Part shown: in pieces, positions 1 through 13,531 of the stretch
How the letters are laid out: each line of letters starts with the position of its first letter
Numbering within the stretch: the first letter of the stretch is position 1
From: Eimeria praecox
Lineage: Eukaryota
Length of the DNA: 64,000 bases
NCBI GenBank assembly: GCA_963920595.1
Contig: OY986946.1
Span: 8,184,001 to 8,248,000, forward strand
Direction of reading: 5' to 3'
The notes under the pieces: generated by a model
What the model was told of the DNA's origin: nothing
Seen by the model: only the letters and a program-made list of their open reading frames with translations
The model's database searches: none
Made by a program: the position numbers and the translations under genes

Positions 1-3000
1 AAGGACCTTTTGTTCAATGTAATGCGCCTACGAGTATGTAGCGTGTGGGCTTGCCGCAGTAACAGCAGCAGCAGCAGCAGTGGGGAGGCGGAGAACCCTG
101 CAGCGCAGCTTGCGGCTGCTGCTTCAGACCCAAGCTCAAGCCCTGATGCTGCAGGCGTGCACAACAAGCTTGCTTTGTTGGTTGCGCGTCTGCTGGCAGC
201 AGACGTCGACAGCGAATCAGGAGCATCACCAGCTACAGCAGCAGCAGGGAAGAAGGTGGCGTTCTTGCCTTTGCGGCTGCTCTTGCACCAAGAGCTGTGT
301 GCACTTTGTCTGCAGCTGCAGGATACAGAAGACGGGGTGAAAGCAGTGACTGCAGCAGCAGCAATTAGCGACCGCTGCGTCGCCTGCAGAAACCCAGCCT
401 GTGCTGCAGCAGCAGGCCGAAACCTTGCAGCAACTCTTGAGTCAATACGTGTTGCTCTGCGAGTACTATTGGTCTTACACCAGGAATACCTGGAGGATAT
501 GCCGGCCTCCACTGTAAGTTTCCTGACCCTCCGTTGTGATGTTGGGAGGGGCTGATTGTGCTACTGCTGAGCTGCCCCTTTTAGCCTGCTGCTGCTGTGG
601 GACTAAGCTATGCCTTTATTGCCAGTCTGCTACTGCTGTGCTGATAAGTTGCTGAACTGCTGCTACTTTGCCGTTGTTGAGCAACCTGCTGCTGCTGTTC
701 CTGAGCAACAGGTCAGCACGGCTGTTTCTGAGTGCCGGAAGGAGCTCTTTGGGCATTTGTTGTAGCTTTACGCATTCTCTGAGCGCGTAGCAAGTACTTT
801 CATGACGGTGTTGGGGGTGTTTGCGTGTTAGCAAAGATGTGTGGCCCTGGTTCGTGCATTTTTGCAGCTCTCGGTAGCACTCAAGAGCTCGTTCCCGTTC
901 GATAACGAAGTGGCCTCAGGTTCGGCTGCTGCCACCTGTCCGCCGCCGTTTTCTCCACAGCTCCTGCAGCTGCTGCAGCTGCTTCAACTGACGCATAAGC
1001 ACAGCCCTTCGCTGGCCAGTTTGCTGCAGTTGTGCTGCTCAGTGGCAGAGAGGTACGTGGGGTGGATTGACTTGCTCCTGCCGCCATCGCCGCAGACAGG
1101 TGCAGCAGTGGACTCGGGCAGCAGCAGCAACAGAAGCCCCAATATGCTGCAGCTTTTGGGGGCAACGTGGTTATCAACAGGCTTCTCTGACGCGGCTTCT
1201 GCAATTGTGGTGTTTATACACCGCAAGATGGAGCCTGCCGCACGGATCGATCTTTTGTGCCGCATGGAGGTGAGCAGCAGCAGCAGCAGCACTGGCTTGT
1301 GGCAGGTTGTTGGAGTGTGCGGTGGATTTACGTGCCTTTTTGGGTGTATCTGCAGCTTATCGAGTGGCTTTTGCACGAGACTCCGCTTTCAGAAGTAGCC
1401 GCCTCACCCTCAATGATAGTTCCTTTTGCCGCAGTTGTCAATGCAACAGTAGCAGCCTTGACAGATGCAACAGGGGCGCTAGCGGAGAAGCTGGAGGCAG
1501 CTGGAGGAAACATAGATTTAGTGGCAGGCAGCAGTAACGCTCTGGTGGCGGACAGGAAGCCTCAGGAGCTGCTGCAACAGGTGGGTGTTGGGGGCTGCTG
1601 CTGCAAGGGCATGAATGAGATTCACAGATTCATCATATCTTCACATCGTTGAGATGCGAGCGCTTGGTTCTTCGGCCTGCATGGTCCCTGCCAAGAACGT
1701 CTGCAGCGCCCTCCAGGGGCTAAGGAGGAGGCCGCTGGCTCTGTTATATTACCGACGCGGTGTAGCGCATAGCTGCAGAGGTCTAGCTTGCCGTCACGTG
1801 CAGCGTCTTCGTCTGCGGCTCCATTTGCTGCTGCTACTGCGGGCAGTAGGGATTGTATTGACGTGATGGGTTGTGATGAACTTGCTCAGGGGTTGACGGC
1901 TTTGTGGGCGGTGCTGCCGCTGTCGGTGCAGTTGCTGGGGTCTGGAGGTTTAGATGTATCGAGCTCAGTGGTACCGTCTCTCTCGCTACTCTTGACAAGG
2001 GCTGGGGTGCTGCAACGGCAGGAGGCGGACTTGCTACAGGCGCTTTCTCCTACCCGCCTTCAGGGCTTTCTGCTGGAGCTGCTGCAAGTGCTCATAAAAA
2101 GGGTCAGCAGCAGCCTCTGCTACTAGTGTGTTTTCTATTGCTGCCTTTCGTGCCGCTGTCTTTGCTGCTGTTGTTCAATAGTGAACGCTGTGGACGTGCT
2201 CTGCCTTGGGTGTGCTGGCAGCTGGCAGAGGTGGATACGCTGACTGGAGCGGCGGAGCAGCAGCATCAGCTGCAACAGCAGCAGCAGGTTGTTTATAGCA
2301 GCTTGGACGATGAGGAACTTGAGCAACTGTGCGCTTACAAGGAGGTAATTGAACTTTCTGGCACTCGCCGGCAAGACTTGTGCTGCGGCTGCCTGTCTGC
2401 CTCACAATAATGAAGCAGCCCGGAAGGGAGGTTGCGTTGCTACAGCACATGAACTTTTAAGCTTCTTAGTGTGTGAAGCCACCGCTCGGAGTTGTATGGA
2501 CTGCACCGGTTCCCTTGTGAAGCTCGGCAAATGTCTGATCATGCCTTCCTGGTGGAATGCGTCTACTGCACCGACTGAGTCTGCGGAGGGTGAATTTGAG
2601 TTTGCTGTTTTGCAGGCGCTCACTGGGCTGTTCAGGAAGGCTTGCGCGGCCGACCAGAGCCGCGTGCTGCAGTGGATACAAGGGGGGATTCAGCAGAATC
2701 TGCAACATTTGCAGCACCTGCAACAGCAGCAACAAGAGGAAGGGCTTCAGCAGCGTCGGGAGCACCAGCAACAATTGGCAGCGCTGCTGCACATGCTTCT
2801 CATCATGACCGATGACATAAGCGGTGAGAGCCTGGTATAGCTGTCAAAGGCTGCGTATGCTACTGCTGAACGGCGGAGGCTGCTGCTTCTGCTCTCCTTC
2901 ATCTTTAGGTTTTACATATTTTGGGCGCCTTTTCCGCAGACCTTCCCGAAAAGCTCAAGGACACGTCCAGTCAGCTCTACGCCTGCATGCTGCAGTTGCT

Positions 3001-6000
3001 ACAGCTGTTGCACTGCATGCACGCATGTGGAGCTTTTTCTTGTGGAACGGCAGCCGAGAACTTTATGAAAGTTCTTGTACGCATTGCGCCCCTTCTTGGC
3101 AAGCAGGAGCAGCAGCAGCACATCCCGGATGCACTTTCGCTGCTTGCAGGACCTCATGGTGTGTGCAGCAGCAGCACCACAGTCGCGCCCAAAGCGTGCT
3201 TGGCATTGCTGCGGTTCGTCAAAAATTGTTTGCCTTACTCCGCTGCCTACACTGGCCTTTTGCTGCAGCATCTGCTGCAGCAGCAGTGCCTTGATATCCC
3301 ACGCAACAGCAACGGCGATCCTCGCCAGCAGCGCATGCGGCCCACGGTTTCGCCCAGCTGCGGCAACAGCAGCAGGCAGGAACCCCTGGTGCTGTCTGCA
3401 GCTGCAGATGTTTATGTCCTCCCGAGGGCGTTTCAGGTGGAGCAGCAGCTCCTGCTGTTCGAGGCAGCGGGAGTCTTGCTCGGCTGCAAGCAGCAGCTGC
3501 AGGGCCGATCCGCGAACTCTTCCCAAGAGGACGTCTTGCTGTTGCATGCTTTGCTGGCGAAAGCCACGGCAGCATTTACTTCTGATATTGTAGGCTCCGT
3601 AGCGTCAGATGTTTGCATCAGTTATAGGGCTGCTCTAGCCGCCACACATTCAGCACCCGCCCCACTGCAGCAGGTTGACTGCGAGCTGCTGCAGCCAGAG
3701 GCGTTGCAGCTCTAGCTCGCCCCCCGAAAGATGCCCTCTGAGGCTGCAATGCTGCTGTTCTTTCTCTGCAGCATGTGTGTTTATGTGCCGCTGTGTTAAA
3801 TTCTCACCATGCGCTGAAGCTTTGCTTGGGTGTTGCTGCAGGCTTCGGGGGGGCCCGCCGCGTCGGCAATGGCGATATACTGTTCGCGCTGCGCCAACGC
3901 GCTGGCTTCTCTTTCGAAGGGATTCCAACCCTTCAAGCCACATGCCACCCTCCCGGCGGGTGGAGGCGCCGTTTGCAGCTCAGAAACCGAGGCAGAGAGC
4001 CCCGTAATTGGGGAACTCAAGAAGTCCTGGCTCCAGGCGCTGCAGCTCTTTACGGAGGCTGTGCGCGTAAGTCCTTGACACTTCTGTTTGCGTAGGCTTG
4101 GAGTGTAGGGTGCAAAGCTAGTTTTGCGCTAAGGCCGTGGGGTATGGATTTGCGGCCGCAGTACAGGGCGTAGGGACTCAGCAGCCGATTATGCTTGCTT
4201 GCCGCTTCAGCCGGCACAGTCACTGCCTTCTAGCATCTTCTTTGTTCCCTTGATGTCAAATGCGTTTTGTAGTTTTTGTCGTGTGCCAGCGTGTGTTTGT
4301 TGGTCTGCTTGTCTCCTTTGGATAAGCGTGAGTAGTTGCTGAAAAGGGTAGAGCTCAGGCAATGCGTTGTTATGCTCACAGATGGCAGGAGCAGAGGGCA
4401 GTCCTTTAGAGGTTGGAGGCACTAGCCTGGTGTTGGTTCCTCCCTTCCTGCATGCGTGCGTTTTTCTCCTGCGGCGGCTGCTGTCTCTTTTGGGGCCCCT
4501 CGCGGCCCCTTCCATTGGAGCTCTGGTCCCGTTGCTGTACGATGCTGTCTTGGTGGGAGCAGACGATGCAGCGTCAGCAGCGGCAGCAGCAGGGAGCCTG
4601 CAGCAACAGCACTCCCCAGAACTCGCCGCTGAGCTGCTGGGCGGCTTCTTTATGCAGCTCTTTGTTTCCTTAAAGGGGCCTCCCCTGCTCTTCCTGCTGT
4701 TGCAGCATTTCCCTCTGTAGGCTGGCACCCTTCTGCGCCCTTTCTGTTGCTAGGATGCTCTTGCTGGATGCATCTGGTCACTGCATCACTGCGGAGGCCG
4801 CGGTGTAGCAGCCCTTCTGCCATTTTTGTGGCTCGTTAGAAAGAGTGGATGCTGCAGCGTCTGTCTGGGTCATCGCGTTTTTGCTCTGCATTTTGTACAG
4901 GGTGCTGGAGAGGCACGTAGGCCTGTACCTGAAGGCTGTTGATGCAGCGTCTCAAGAGCCTAACTCTGCCGAGTTGCAACGTGAGTGTCGAGGGGTGCAG
5001 GAACAGTTGGCCTTCATCCTTGCAACGGCGGCCAGGGAAGCCCCGGAAGCGCTCCTTCGCTTTGCTGCTGCGTCGCTGCTTCACGCTGACAGCAGTAGCA
5101 GCAGCAACGAGAACGGCGCCAGCAGTAGCAGCAGCGCTTCCTTTTTCTTGAGTGCGCTCGCACAGTGCCTTGAGAGTGACAGCAGTGCAAGGCCGGACGG
5201 CAGTCAGGTGGGGGGACAGCATCATGCATTGCTCCAGCTTCTGCTTCAGCAACAGCAGCTGCTGCATGTGCTGCTCTTTGGATCGCTGAATTCGGTGCGT
5301 GGGGCTGCCGCAGTGACGTCGAGGGTCCCTGAGGGGACCCCTGCCCCTCTGGAAGTTGCCAGCGCCACGTGGAGGTGCATTTTGCTCACGCTATTACTCT
5401 GCTGCTACCCTAACAGCTCTATGACAGCAGCAGCAGCTGCTGCGCAGGCTTGGGCGCATCTTGTGGCAGCCTTTGTATGCAAACCCGAGAGCTGCGTGGA
5501 AACAGAGCAGCAGCTGCAGCAGCAACAGCAACAGCAGTTGCAGCAAGTCGCACAGCTTCCTGTAGAGCTGCAGCAGGTTCAGGAAGCAATGAGAGATTTC
5601 ATGAGGCAAAATGCTGGCCTTGAAGTGCAGCAGTTGCGGCAGCGACGCTCCCAAGTGGGGTCTACACAGACGGTGCAGCAGCCACTGCAGCAAAGTGAGG
5701 AAATGCAGCTGCTCCGGCAGCAGCAGCAGCAGCAGCGCCTCCAGGGAATTCATCTTCACCAGGCGGGGCAGCAGCTTTCGCTTCTGCTCCCGCTGCCTCC
5801 TCTCTTTTCTGTCACCGCCCGCCTGTTTGCATCGCTTAAAAGTGACGATCCACAGCACGTCAAGGTAAGCTGCTACTGCTGCTCCTCCTGTTGCAGCTGA
5901 GGCCTAGTAAAGGGTGCAGCCAGCTCAGGTTTTGGAATTTAAGAGCCCACGGCGGCATTTCAGCGCTTTTGCAGTCACGGGCAGTGGTCTTGCTTTGCTG

Positions 6001-6422
6001 ATGCTGGCTCGGATTAGTGCATAATTAGGTTGTCTTTTACTTTTATTTACCTCAAATTTGGCCACTTCATCTTTTCCTTGTTTTGTGATAGTTTGCTCAT
6101 ATTTGGCACGTCTCCCGCTCCCGCTTCAGCATTTTTGTGTGTGCGTCCTGAGTTTACTTCAGCTGGGTTCCGGTTTTAGTGCCCCCGTCATATCTTTGTC
6201 TTGGCCTTGTTTTGCCCAGTTTTCTGTTTTATTCTTTATAGACAATTTGCCTGTGATATGTAGCCGATTTCTTTAACCTCATTTCTTCGTTTTTTTCGTC
6301 ATCTGCACTCTGGCGTTTCTTTGTGTCGCGTTCATCTGCAGCTGGCGGCGGACATTGGAGGCCTATGGCGAATCTGTGGGTACGGAGTGCCTCCGGGGGC
6401 TCCTCAGCGCACACCGACGGCT

Positions 6423-6455
<33 letters not shown>

Positions 6456-6837
6456 CAATTTGTCTCCTTTTTTAGCCCGCTGCGTAGCGGCCTGGAGGAG
6501 GCGCTGAAGGAAGCACTTACTGCGCGCATTGGCGATTCTGGTGGTGCTGCTACTGCTGCTGCTGCTCTCCTAGAGGTACATACAGGATCTATTTGCACGA
6601 AAGTTGCAGTTGATGCTCTCTTGCTGCTTTAAAGGGGTCACGAGATGAATGATCTATTCTAGAGGGCTTACAAGCGCCCTCTGGGCACGTTGTGGCGTGC
6701 TCGCATGCGTTTCCGTGTATGCATGCATCGTCTGTATGCGCGTGCATGCGTGGTTTCTGCAGGCGCTAGGACAGACAGACGGGCAGCAACTCCGCGAAGT
6801 GATGAGGACATGGCGACGGCAATTTTTGCCGAAGTAG
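1..6837 (+). CDS. Exportin-T (Xpot/Los1)-like importin-beta HEAT protein, multi-exon, 5' end outside window
   Basis: GT-AG exons join in frame (e.g. ..513/832..1269/1356..1580/1779..2102). The stop follows RQFLPK at 6837. Segments resemble exportin-T: 'RYVGWIDL' (cf. YVSWIDI), 'IHRKMEPAARIDLL', 'YKE|ALTGLFRK', 'KACLALLRFVK', 'QLLLFEAAGVLLG', 'ALASLSKGF'. Poly-Q/A/S insertions come from CAG tracts. Internal exon boundaries are only partly resolved. Confidence 0.65.
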
Positions 6838-8499
6838 TGCAGCCTCTGCTTGAGCAACAAGCGCAGGTGTTGTTGCATCGGGTATTGCAGCAGATGCAAT
6901 TACAGCTGGTGCTGCGTTGATGGCAGCAGAGGATCAAATAATTGCAGCAGCAGATGTGTTGACAGCTGGTGCTCTGGCGGTAACTGGAGCGCTGCGGATG
7001 CTATATAGACAGCTCTTGCTGTATAGGCAACAGCCGGTGTATTAGACAGTGGATGTTTTGCAGACAGTTGCACACGGTGTATAGACGGCTGGGCATCAGC
7101 TTGGTCCGTTTGCTTGGGCTACTTTGATATGGGGCCACTGTGAGCCGAATGTGAGCTGCAGTTCCGCATATCGTTTTCTGCCCCATGCGGATGCCCTGGA
7201 GTTCATATCTTTAAATGCAGAACAACAGGTTTATCGATTTGCGCTTGCCAACGCTTTTAGTCTAATTATCTACAGAATTAACACGAAAAGTGGTACCCCC
7301 AGTGTGGGCTGCACTGAACTACGTTGCTTGTTTGATCGGCGGCGCTGCCAATGCCCCCGTACCAGCATACAACGACGGCTACCTGCAATCTTAATTATGA
7401 GGCATATGCGTAGCGCGGTGCCTGAAGGCCTGGGTTGTAAGCTGGGACTAGGATGGTTCATTAGAGCATCCGCACACTCAGACCCAAGGATCCGGCACCA
7501 TTCTGTACAGTACAAATGCAGTGATGCAGTCCTGGCGGCATGCAGGCATGCAGACGAAGAGAGCTGAGCAGGCCTCAAAAATTCACGTAGCATTCGGCTG
7601 CACGTTTCTGCTGCATCTTAAACAGCGGATAGCGCCTGTGAGGAAGCCTGAGAACCAAGCATTGGTGGATGGGAGTGGAACATGGTGCTGCTGAACAAGG
7701 TTTCATGCGAGGGGCCTGAGCGGTGTGATGGATCCGCTTGTTCCCTGTGCATTCAGGTTGTTGGCGTGGTGGAAACGGAGCTTTTTTCAAACTGCATGTG
7801 AAAATAAGTCTCATAGGTTGAGGGAGGCGTATCTATCACCTGTATGGGGTCTTGCTATACCGGTTCTGCGCCAGCCTTCAAGCATCTAGGCACCCTGCCC
7901 ACACGAACCCCTTTTGGCATGCTCCGGGGAACATAGCATAGGTCATGTGGAAATGGGAGCTCGGGCTGGAGGAAGGTCATCTTCTTACGCTAAAACAAGC
8001 AGGTTGGTTGTCTATACGGTTAATGTCAGCGTCTGCGCTTGCCAATAGCTTTCCTTCGCTTGCAAACGTTCTATAGTGCAAGAATAACTCCGGGTTTAAC
8101 GCCGAATGGCTGTTTAAAAGTTGTTCGTAGAGTTGGTCATTCATGCCAGCTACGTGTCGTGTCAGGACGGTTGAAGGGAACGTCGCCCTTGACGCATACG
8201 CACAGGACAATGGGTGGCTTAAGAGAGCCGGCAAAAGGGGTACAAATGGGACTGCGAGTACCACTAGCGCCTGTATACAGCAGGCAGCAGATGGGAAACG
8301 GCGAGGTAACGCAAGGTTTAGAGCTAGGGTTACGGAGTTGTCAGAATAGGGTTGTACTGAGCGGCTGCAGAGTCAAAACATCTGGGAAAACAATATGCCC
8401 CAAGGCACGTAATCTGCCCTCGTGTTTCCAGGCATTCTGAGCACGAGGATGGAGGATCCGTAGTCTGATGCCCAAAGAAGGCGGCCTCTGGTGAGTTCC

Positions 8500-11400
8500 A
8501 GCATCCGCTGGTGCAACTTCTGCGTCAAAGGCAGCTGCATACACAAGTTTCTTTAATCCCGCTTCCATTCGAAAAAGTCCAAGAAGTAATGACGTAGTAA
8601 ACTGGTAAACTCTTGTCTGCCTTCTGGATGTCAGAAAATACACCAACATTGATGAAGACGTGTATTCCTGACATATCCTGGTGCATATCTCCGTCCCCGC
8701 TATCCAAATAATAAGCTTCCTCGCCTTGCAACCCTTCAGAAGAAACGACGCATGCAGCGCCAAAAGGAATCCACTGCCAGAGTACACCAAAAGGTATACG
8801 AGCATATAAAAGTAGGAGCTACGGCCTGCTTTCTCCTACTGCTGGTCGCATGCCGCTGAGTCACGCCTAGGGCTTTGCGTAGATCAGCTGAAGCTGCCTC
8901 TAGCTCCCCCGAGTTTAGCGTTACGCCTCAATGTAAACTATCCAGCCTCAACAAAACACAGCGCGCGATCTGGATCCAATCCGCGATGTCGTAGAGCAAC
9001 GGATGCAGTCCAAGCCATCTCTAATGGCGAGGTGAGAAGTACGTATGTATAAGGAAGATACGGACTTTTCTTTATCGCCCGCAAAGCAAATGTCTGCAGA
9101 TGCCTCGGGCAACCCAAACCTGAGTTGTGCCCTTGGCGCTCATGCTTGTGATATCCATCACAGAGGCAAAATGTGCACGTAGGAGCTCCTCAGAAGTGGA
9201 TTCGGGTGCCTAACAATCAAATGCTCGCATGTTCGGGGTCCTGCAAATTGATAGTAATGTCTACGAATGCCTGGCAACCTGTCCCGTCCACTATTGCAGC
9301 CTTCTCCAGTCAGTTCTGCGGGCAATGATATTGCTGCCGTTTTCCGTAGAACTTCCCAAGGAATTCGATAATTCCCTGAACACTTATGGAGTCATGGCAT
9401 GCTTGGTGGGGCGGCATCCTCACCTATAAGGTACTCACAACTATAAGTGAAAGCCGGTGTATTTATTGCCTACACCTCAATTCGAGCAGGACGCGAAGTG
9501 GACATATTCGTCGAGTTGATCGACAACAATGTAAAAGCTATCCCATTCTCTGACTTATGGCGAACCCACCATGAAATCCATTGAAATGCCCCTCCAGATG
9601 CGCATGTGAATCGAAAGGCTTTGCAGGAGTGCGGGTCTGAGGGCGCTCAGCGGCTTTTGCTGCTGGCATCCCGAACAAATGAAGACCTGTTCCTCGGCTG
9701 AAGCGCGCACGCTAAGCCACCAAAACAACTTTAGCCAACTACATCACCTTTGTCTCAATGCCTCTACGATCCGGTTAAAGAAAATGGTCGTGCAGTTTGC
9801 GCAAGCCTTCTGTGTGGGACGAAGGATATTAGTATAATTGCCGTAGTGCGCTCACCCACCAAAGCTGGAGGAGATCGCTGTCTATGCCATACTGCTAAGC
9901 CCATCGTTGGTTGTTGAGCTTGGCAGTAGCAGCAGCTCCATGCGTGCTTAAGGAAGAAGAAAGCGGTTTGAAAGAAATGTTCAGCATGAAGTAAAATATT
10001 TGATGGGTAAGCCGTCGAAAGATTCCGTCAGCGACTGCGATTGTATTGCCGTGGATACGGTTAACTGTAAAATCGTATTGCCTGAGCCCACAAAGCGACC
10101 GGAAAGCTCTTTCTGTGTGGCGGTCTTGAAAACACTTTAACAGGCGTGGCAGGGGTTGATAAACGTTTTTGGCAGTGAAATACTTGCCATAAAAGTAGCT
10201 TCCACATCTATTTAATTGCCACAAAAACCCAATAGACTTCCTTCCCTCGTAATAAATACTTCTCTCTCCCCCTTAAATAACGTGAATGGCATGTAATTAT
10301 TTGGTAGAGTACCTAACCAACTGCTGTGTCTCTGGCAGCAGCCGTCAGGAAGAGGGGCCTGTCGAAATCAAGGACAGCAGATTCTGGAAACGGTGTCAGG
10401 CGCATGACACAGGTTGTGGCTGCTTCCTTTTCGCTCTCCGTTCAAATAACTTGTTTGTTCGTTTTGAATAGGCCCGTCACACCGCAGAGATCCGAACGAG
10501 TCCAGGGTTCGAAGTATCGCTGTACCGTACGGGACAGACGGACTTCTCAGCTTCGCTCTAATATACAGGAATCGCGGCAGCCTCCGAATAACATCAATTT
10601 TCTTCAATTCCCGCTTCGGAGACACGAAACCTTAAGAATCTAATTGTTTTCGCGGAAAATGGACACAATTGAGCTTTTACGAAACATGGCTTCCCCCGTA
10701 GCAGTTGCAGAGCCCGCCGAGGGCGCTTCACATGCCTCTGAACGCTTTTCGCCAGCATGTCGTCCATTTATATCCCTATGCTGTATGGGCCCGAGAAGCC
10801 CTGATTGGCCTTTCCCTGCAGTTCGGTAGTTTCAACAACGAGCCAAAATAGTGTACAAATATACTGTAATTTGCTGGTGTGTATGCAATACAGTCTTTGC
10901 TGGCTATCAGGATGTCTGAGGATCTTCAAAAACTATGTAGGGAGGTTAGATGTTGAATAGACTTCTGAATACTGCGAGCCACATAACAGTTAGTCAACGA
11001 GGGGTATCGGGAACTTCTATTGTATCGTGGATTTTGGGGGGGGCAAGAAGCCGACTGGCATGCCCCATCTTCCAACCCTTTCCTGCGCCAGCACCGGAAG
11101 GTATTCCAACGCGCCGGTTGATGGTTGAATTTTCCCTCTTTATCAGTTCCCCTTCTTGCACGTCTAGTTTTTCTTCAAGATGCATGGTTTGCCTGTACCA
11201 TCGAACAAGCTTGCGGCGGCATTGGGGACGAGTTCCCTATGTGCATCCAGGGGTTGACCAGTTCGCTGGATGCTCCTCTTTATTGAATACATCTAAGAGA
11301 TGTTCCTTCCACTGTTTCCGCTTCCCCTGTTTCTTAGATGTTAGCTCGATTGAACCCCCCGAAACTGCAGTCTTCGAAAGACCACCGCAGCTGAGGGCCT
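8500..11400 (-). mobile_element. Degenerate Ty3/gypsy LTR-retrotransposon pol remnant (RT - RNase H - integrase)
   Basis: Minus-strand translation gives RT-like 'TVYLYTIL' (~10860) and 'FVKAQLCPFSAKTIRFLRFRVSEAGI' (~10600-10690). RNase H follows as 'YFYGKYFTAKNVYQPL...LRQYDFTVNRIHGNTIAVADGIFRR' (9895-10224). Integrase reads 'FWWLSVRASAEEQVFICSGCQQQK...IWRGISMDFMVGSP*VREWDSFYIVVDQLDEYVHF' (~9490-9730). Gypsy domain order, with stops and frameshifts. Ends are approximate. Confidence 0.8.
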
Positions 11401-11581
11401 GCATTTTTCCACCGCTTCTGGCAGAGCCCCCTCACTCCGATGGAGCCCCCTCTCTCCCTTCTCCAACAGACACTGGTCGCACCTCTTTTTGCCCTATATG
11501 GTCAAACAGCTGTTGAGTGAGCTGAAAACTGTATTATCTCATTGATATGCGGCTTATTGATCTCAAAAATGTCGCCTAGAC

Positions 11582-11691
11582 GTCAGATGAGTGGTCTTTC
11601 CTGACTCAGCATGGCATTCCTCGGATTATGCTGTGGGTCAGATGAGTGGTCTTTCCTGACTCAGCATGGCATTCCTCGGATTATGCTGTGG
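11582..11691. repeat. Perfect 55-bp tandem duplication
   Basis: GTCAGATGAGTGGTCTTTCCTGACTCAGCATGGCATTCCTCGGATTATGCTGTGG occurs at 11582-11636 and again at 11637-11691. Confidence 0.95.
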
Positions 11692-13531
11692 TGTGCTGGT
11701 TCAACGTCGCAGTCAGATGCCATGAGAAGGCGACCCCTTCGTAAGCCAAAGAGGCATTTTACAGCCAACAAATTTACAGGCTAGTAGCTATATCGATTGT
11801 TATGTGGTGTCTTCCATCCCCGTAGTACATTGGCAAAGGCTGCGTTAGCGAATGATCTGGCAGGCAGCATCTCCTCACCTCACCTTCAGGTATCATTTGT
11901 GCTTCGATTTCTGCTTTAAGTGGGGCTAGAAAGGCTTGGGCTTGATTACCAGCTCGGATTAGCACTGGGTTAACCAGCATCGGGCACGTAGGTGTCGCCG
12001 CTGCCTCGTTTGGCCCCATCACGGGCCCGCACGTCGCGCGGGACCCATGGCGTTTCTTTTGCGGTCTTCTTTGCCCCCGTGAAGGCGATTGCTCAAAGAT
12101 TTACTCTTCCTGTTCTGGTGCCAAGTGTGGCGAAACGATCTTAGCCAAGCACCGTAATGAGCTGCAACGGAGTCGAGCTACTCAAGATGGCAATCACCAG
12201 AAAGCAACTAAAACCCTTCCACTCCCCAGGTATCTTGGGTATAGCGGCACAAGGGCGTGGGTCTGTGCGGAGAGGAGTCAGACTGCCGTGAATTGCAGCA
12301 CAGTTGTGACGAAACTCCTCGATCTTAGCAGAGGACCATTGCGAGCTGCAAAGGCTTAAAGGAAGTTCTTCAAAATGAGCTGGATTCCCATTAAGCCTCC
12401 AGGAGTCCTGTACATCGCTTCCCGTCGCTTGGAGCTGGTGCGAACACGGGAAACCTGTAACGGGTGCAGCCCACCTTGCTGCAACGTGCTGCAAGGCAAT
12501 CCCACGTGCACACACAGCCAATACCCCGTTTGATGCATGCCTACCATTGTAGGCTGTTATGTAGACTGCAGTTAAATACTTACTTGATCCTTCACAGTGG
12601 GCCTGCGAGCAAGTAGACGCCCGAGCACCAGCACGATGCAGAGCGCACTGCAGCGGTGCTGTCAATGGAAATTCCACATGCAAGTATATCCAAGCCCCCC
12701 CTTTTATGAGTGCTCTGACGCTGTAGGCGATTACTAAACACTTGCTTGGCCCTCAGGAGAGAGTCCGCATGTAAATAGAAATGTAAGTAGCCGTATTAGA
12801 GAGCATGCCATGCCAACCTTGCTACAGCGATAGTAAATAGTTGAAGTTACCTGGCTTCTCAGCGCAAGCTGTCCCCCAACTCGTTGGAATATACTATATA
12901 TTACAACTTTTCCACTGTATTTCCTGAATTGTAACTACTGCTATATTAGATTGTCTTCCCCTCCCTGTTGCCCTACATGCGTGCGGGGAGGGCGGCTTCG
13001 GTGGCTAGCTGGGCGGACTTACAGTGCTTCACCCTTCAATGCTGGTACATTTTTAAAATAAATACAGGCATTTCTGAAAGCTTAAACTTTAAGCGTGAAT
13101 AAAGGGCATTGAGGAGCAGCCCCTCGCGGCTGCCCTGCTGACACCTGCATGTGCGGGACAGAGTCGGCTGCAGGGGAGGAGTATGTTCTGTGTGCTAGCC
13201 AATGCCAATTCTCTAATTTTTGCGATTTGCTTGTGTTATTTCTTGCCTCATGGGATGTCCAAACTCTAGATGATTAGCGCAAGGTCCCCGCAAAGCCTCT
13301 GAACTCGTGGTGAAGGCAGGACAGCCCCTCTGTTGAAACGAGGGGTTGATGCACTTGACAGACTTTCGCTCCTTTCTCTGACTCCAGTAGATCGTGAAGA
13401 GGGCTATCGGATCCAGCTGAGGGTTTGTCTGGCTGCCCCCGTTTGGGGGAGGTGAACACTCAAATAGGTTTGTTTGCTGCGGCCTGTTCTACGTTTTCTT
13501 CCACATACTGTATTAAATAGACAGCGAGGAG

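Noticed and set aside
12960..13060. Possible Pol III ncRNA (GC-rich stretch ending in TTTTT)
   Set aside because: No tRNA cloverleaf, A/B boxes or snRNA/SRP motif was recognisable.
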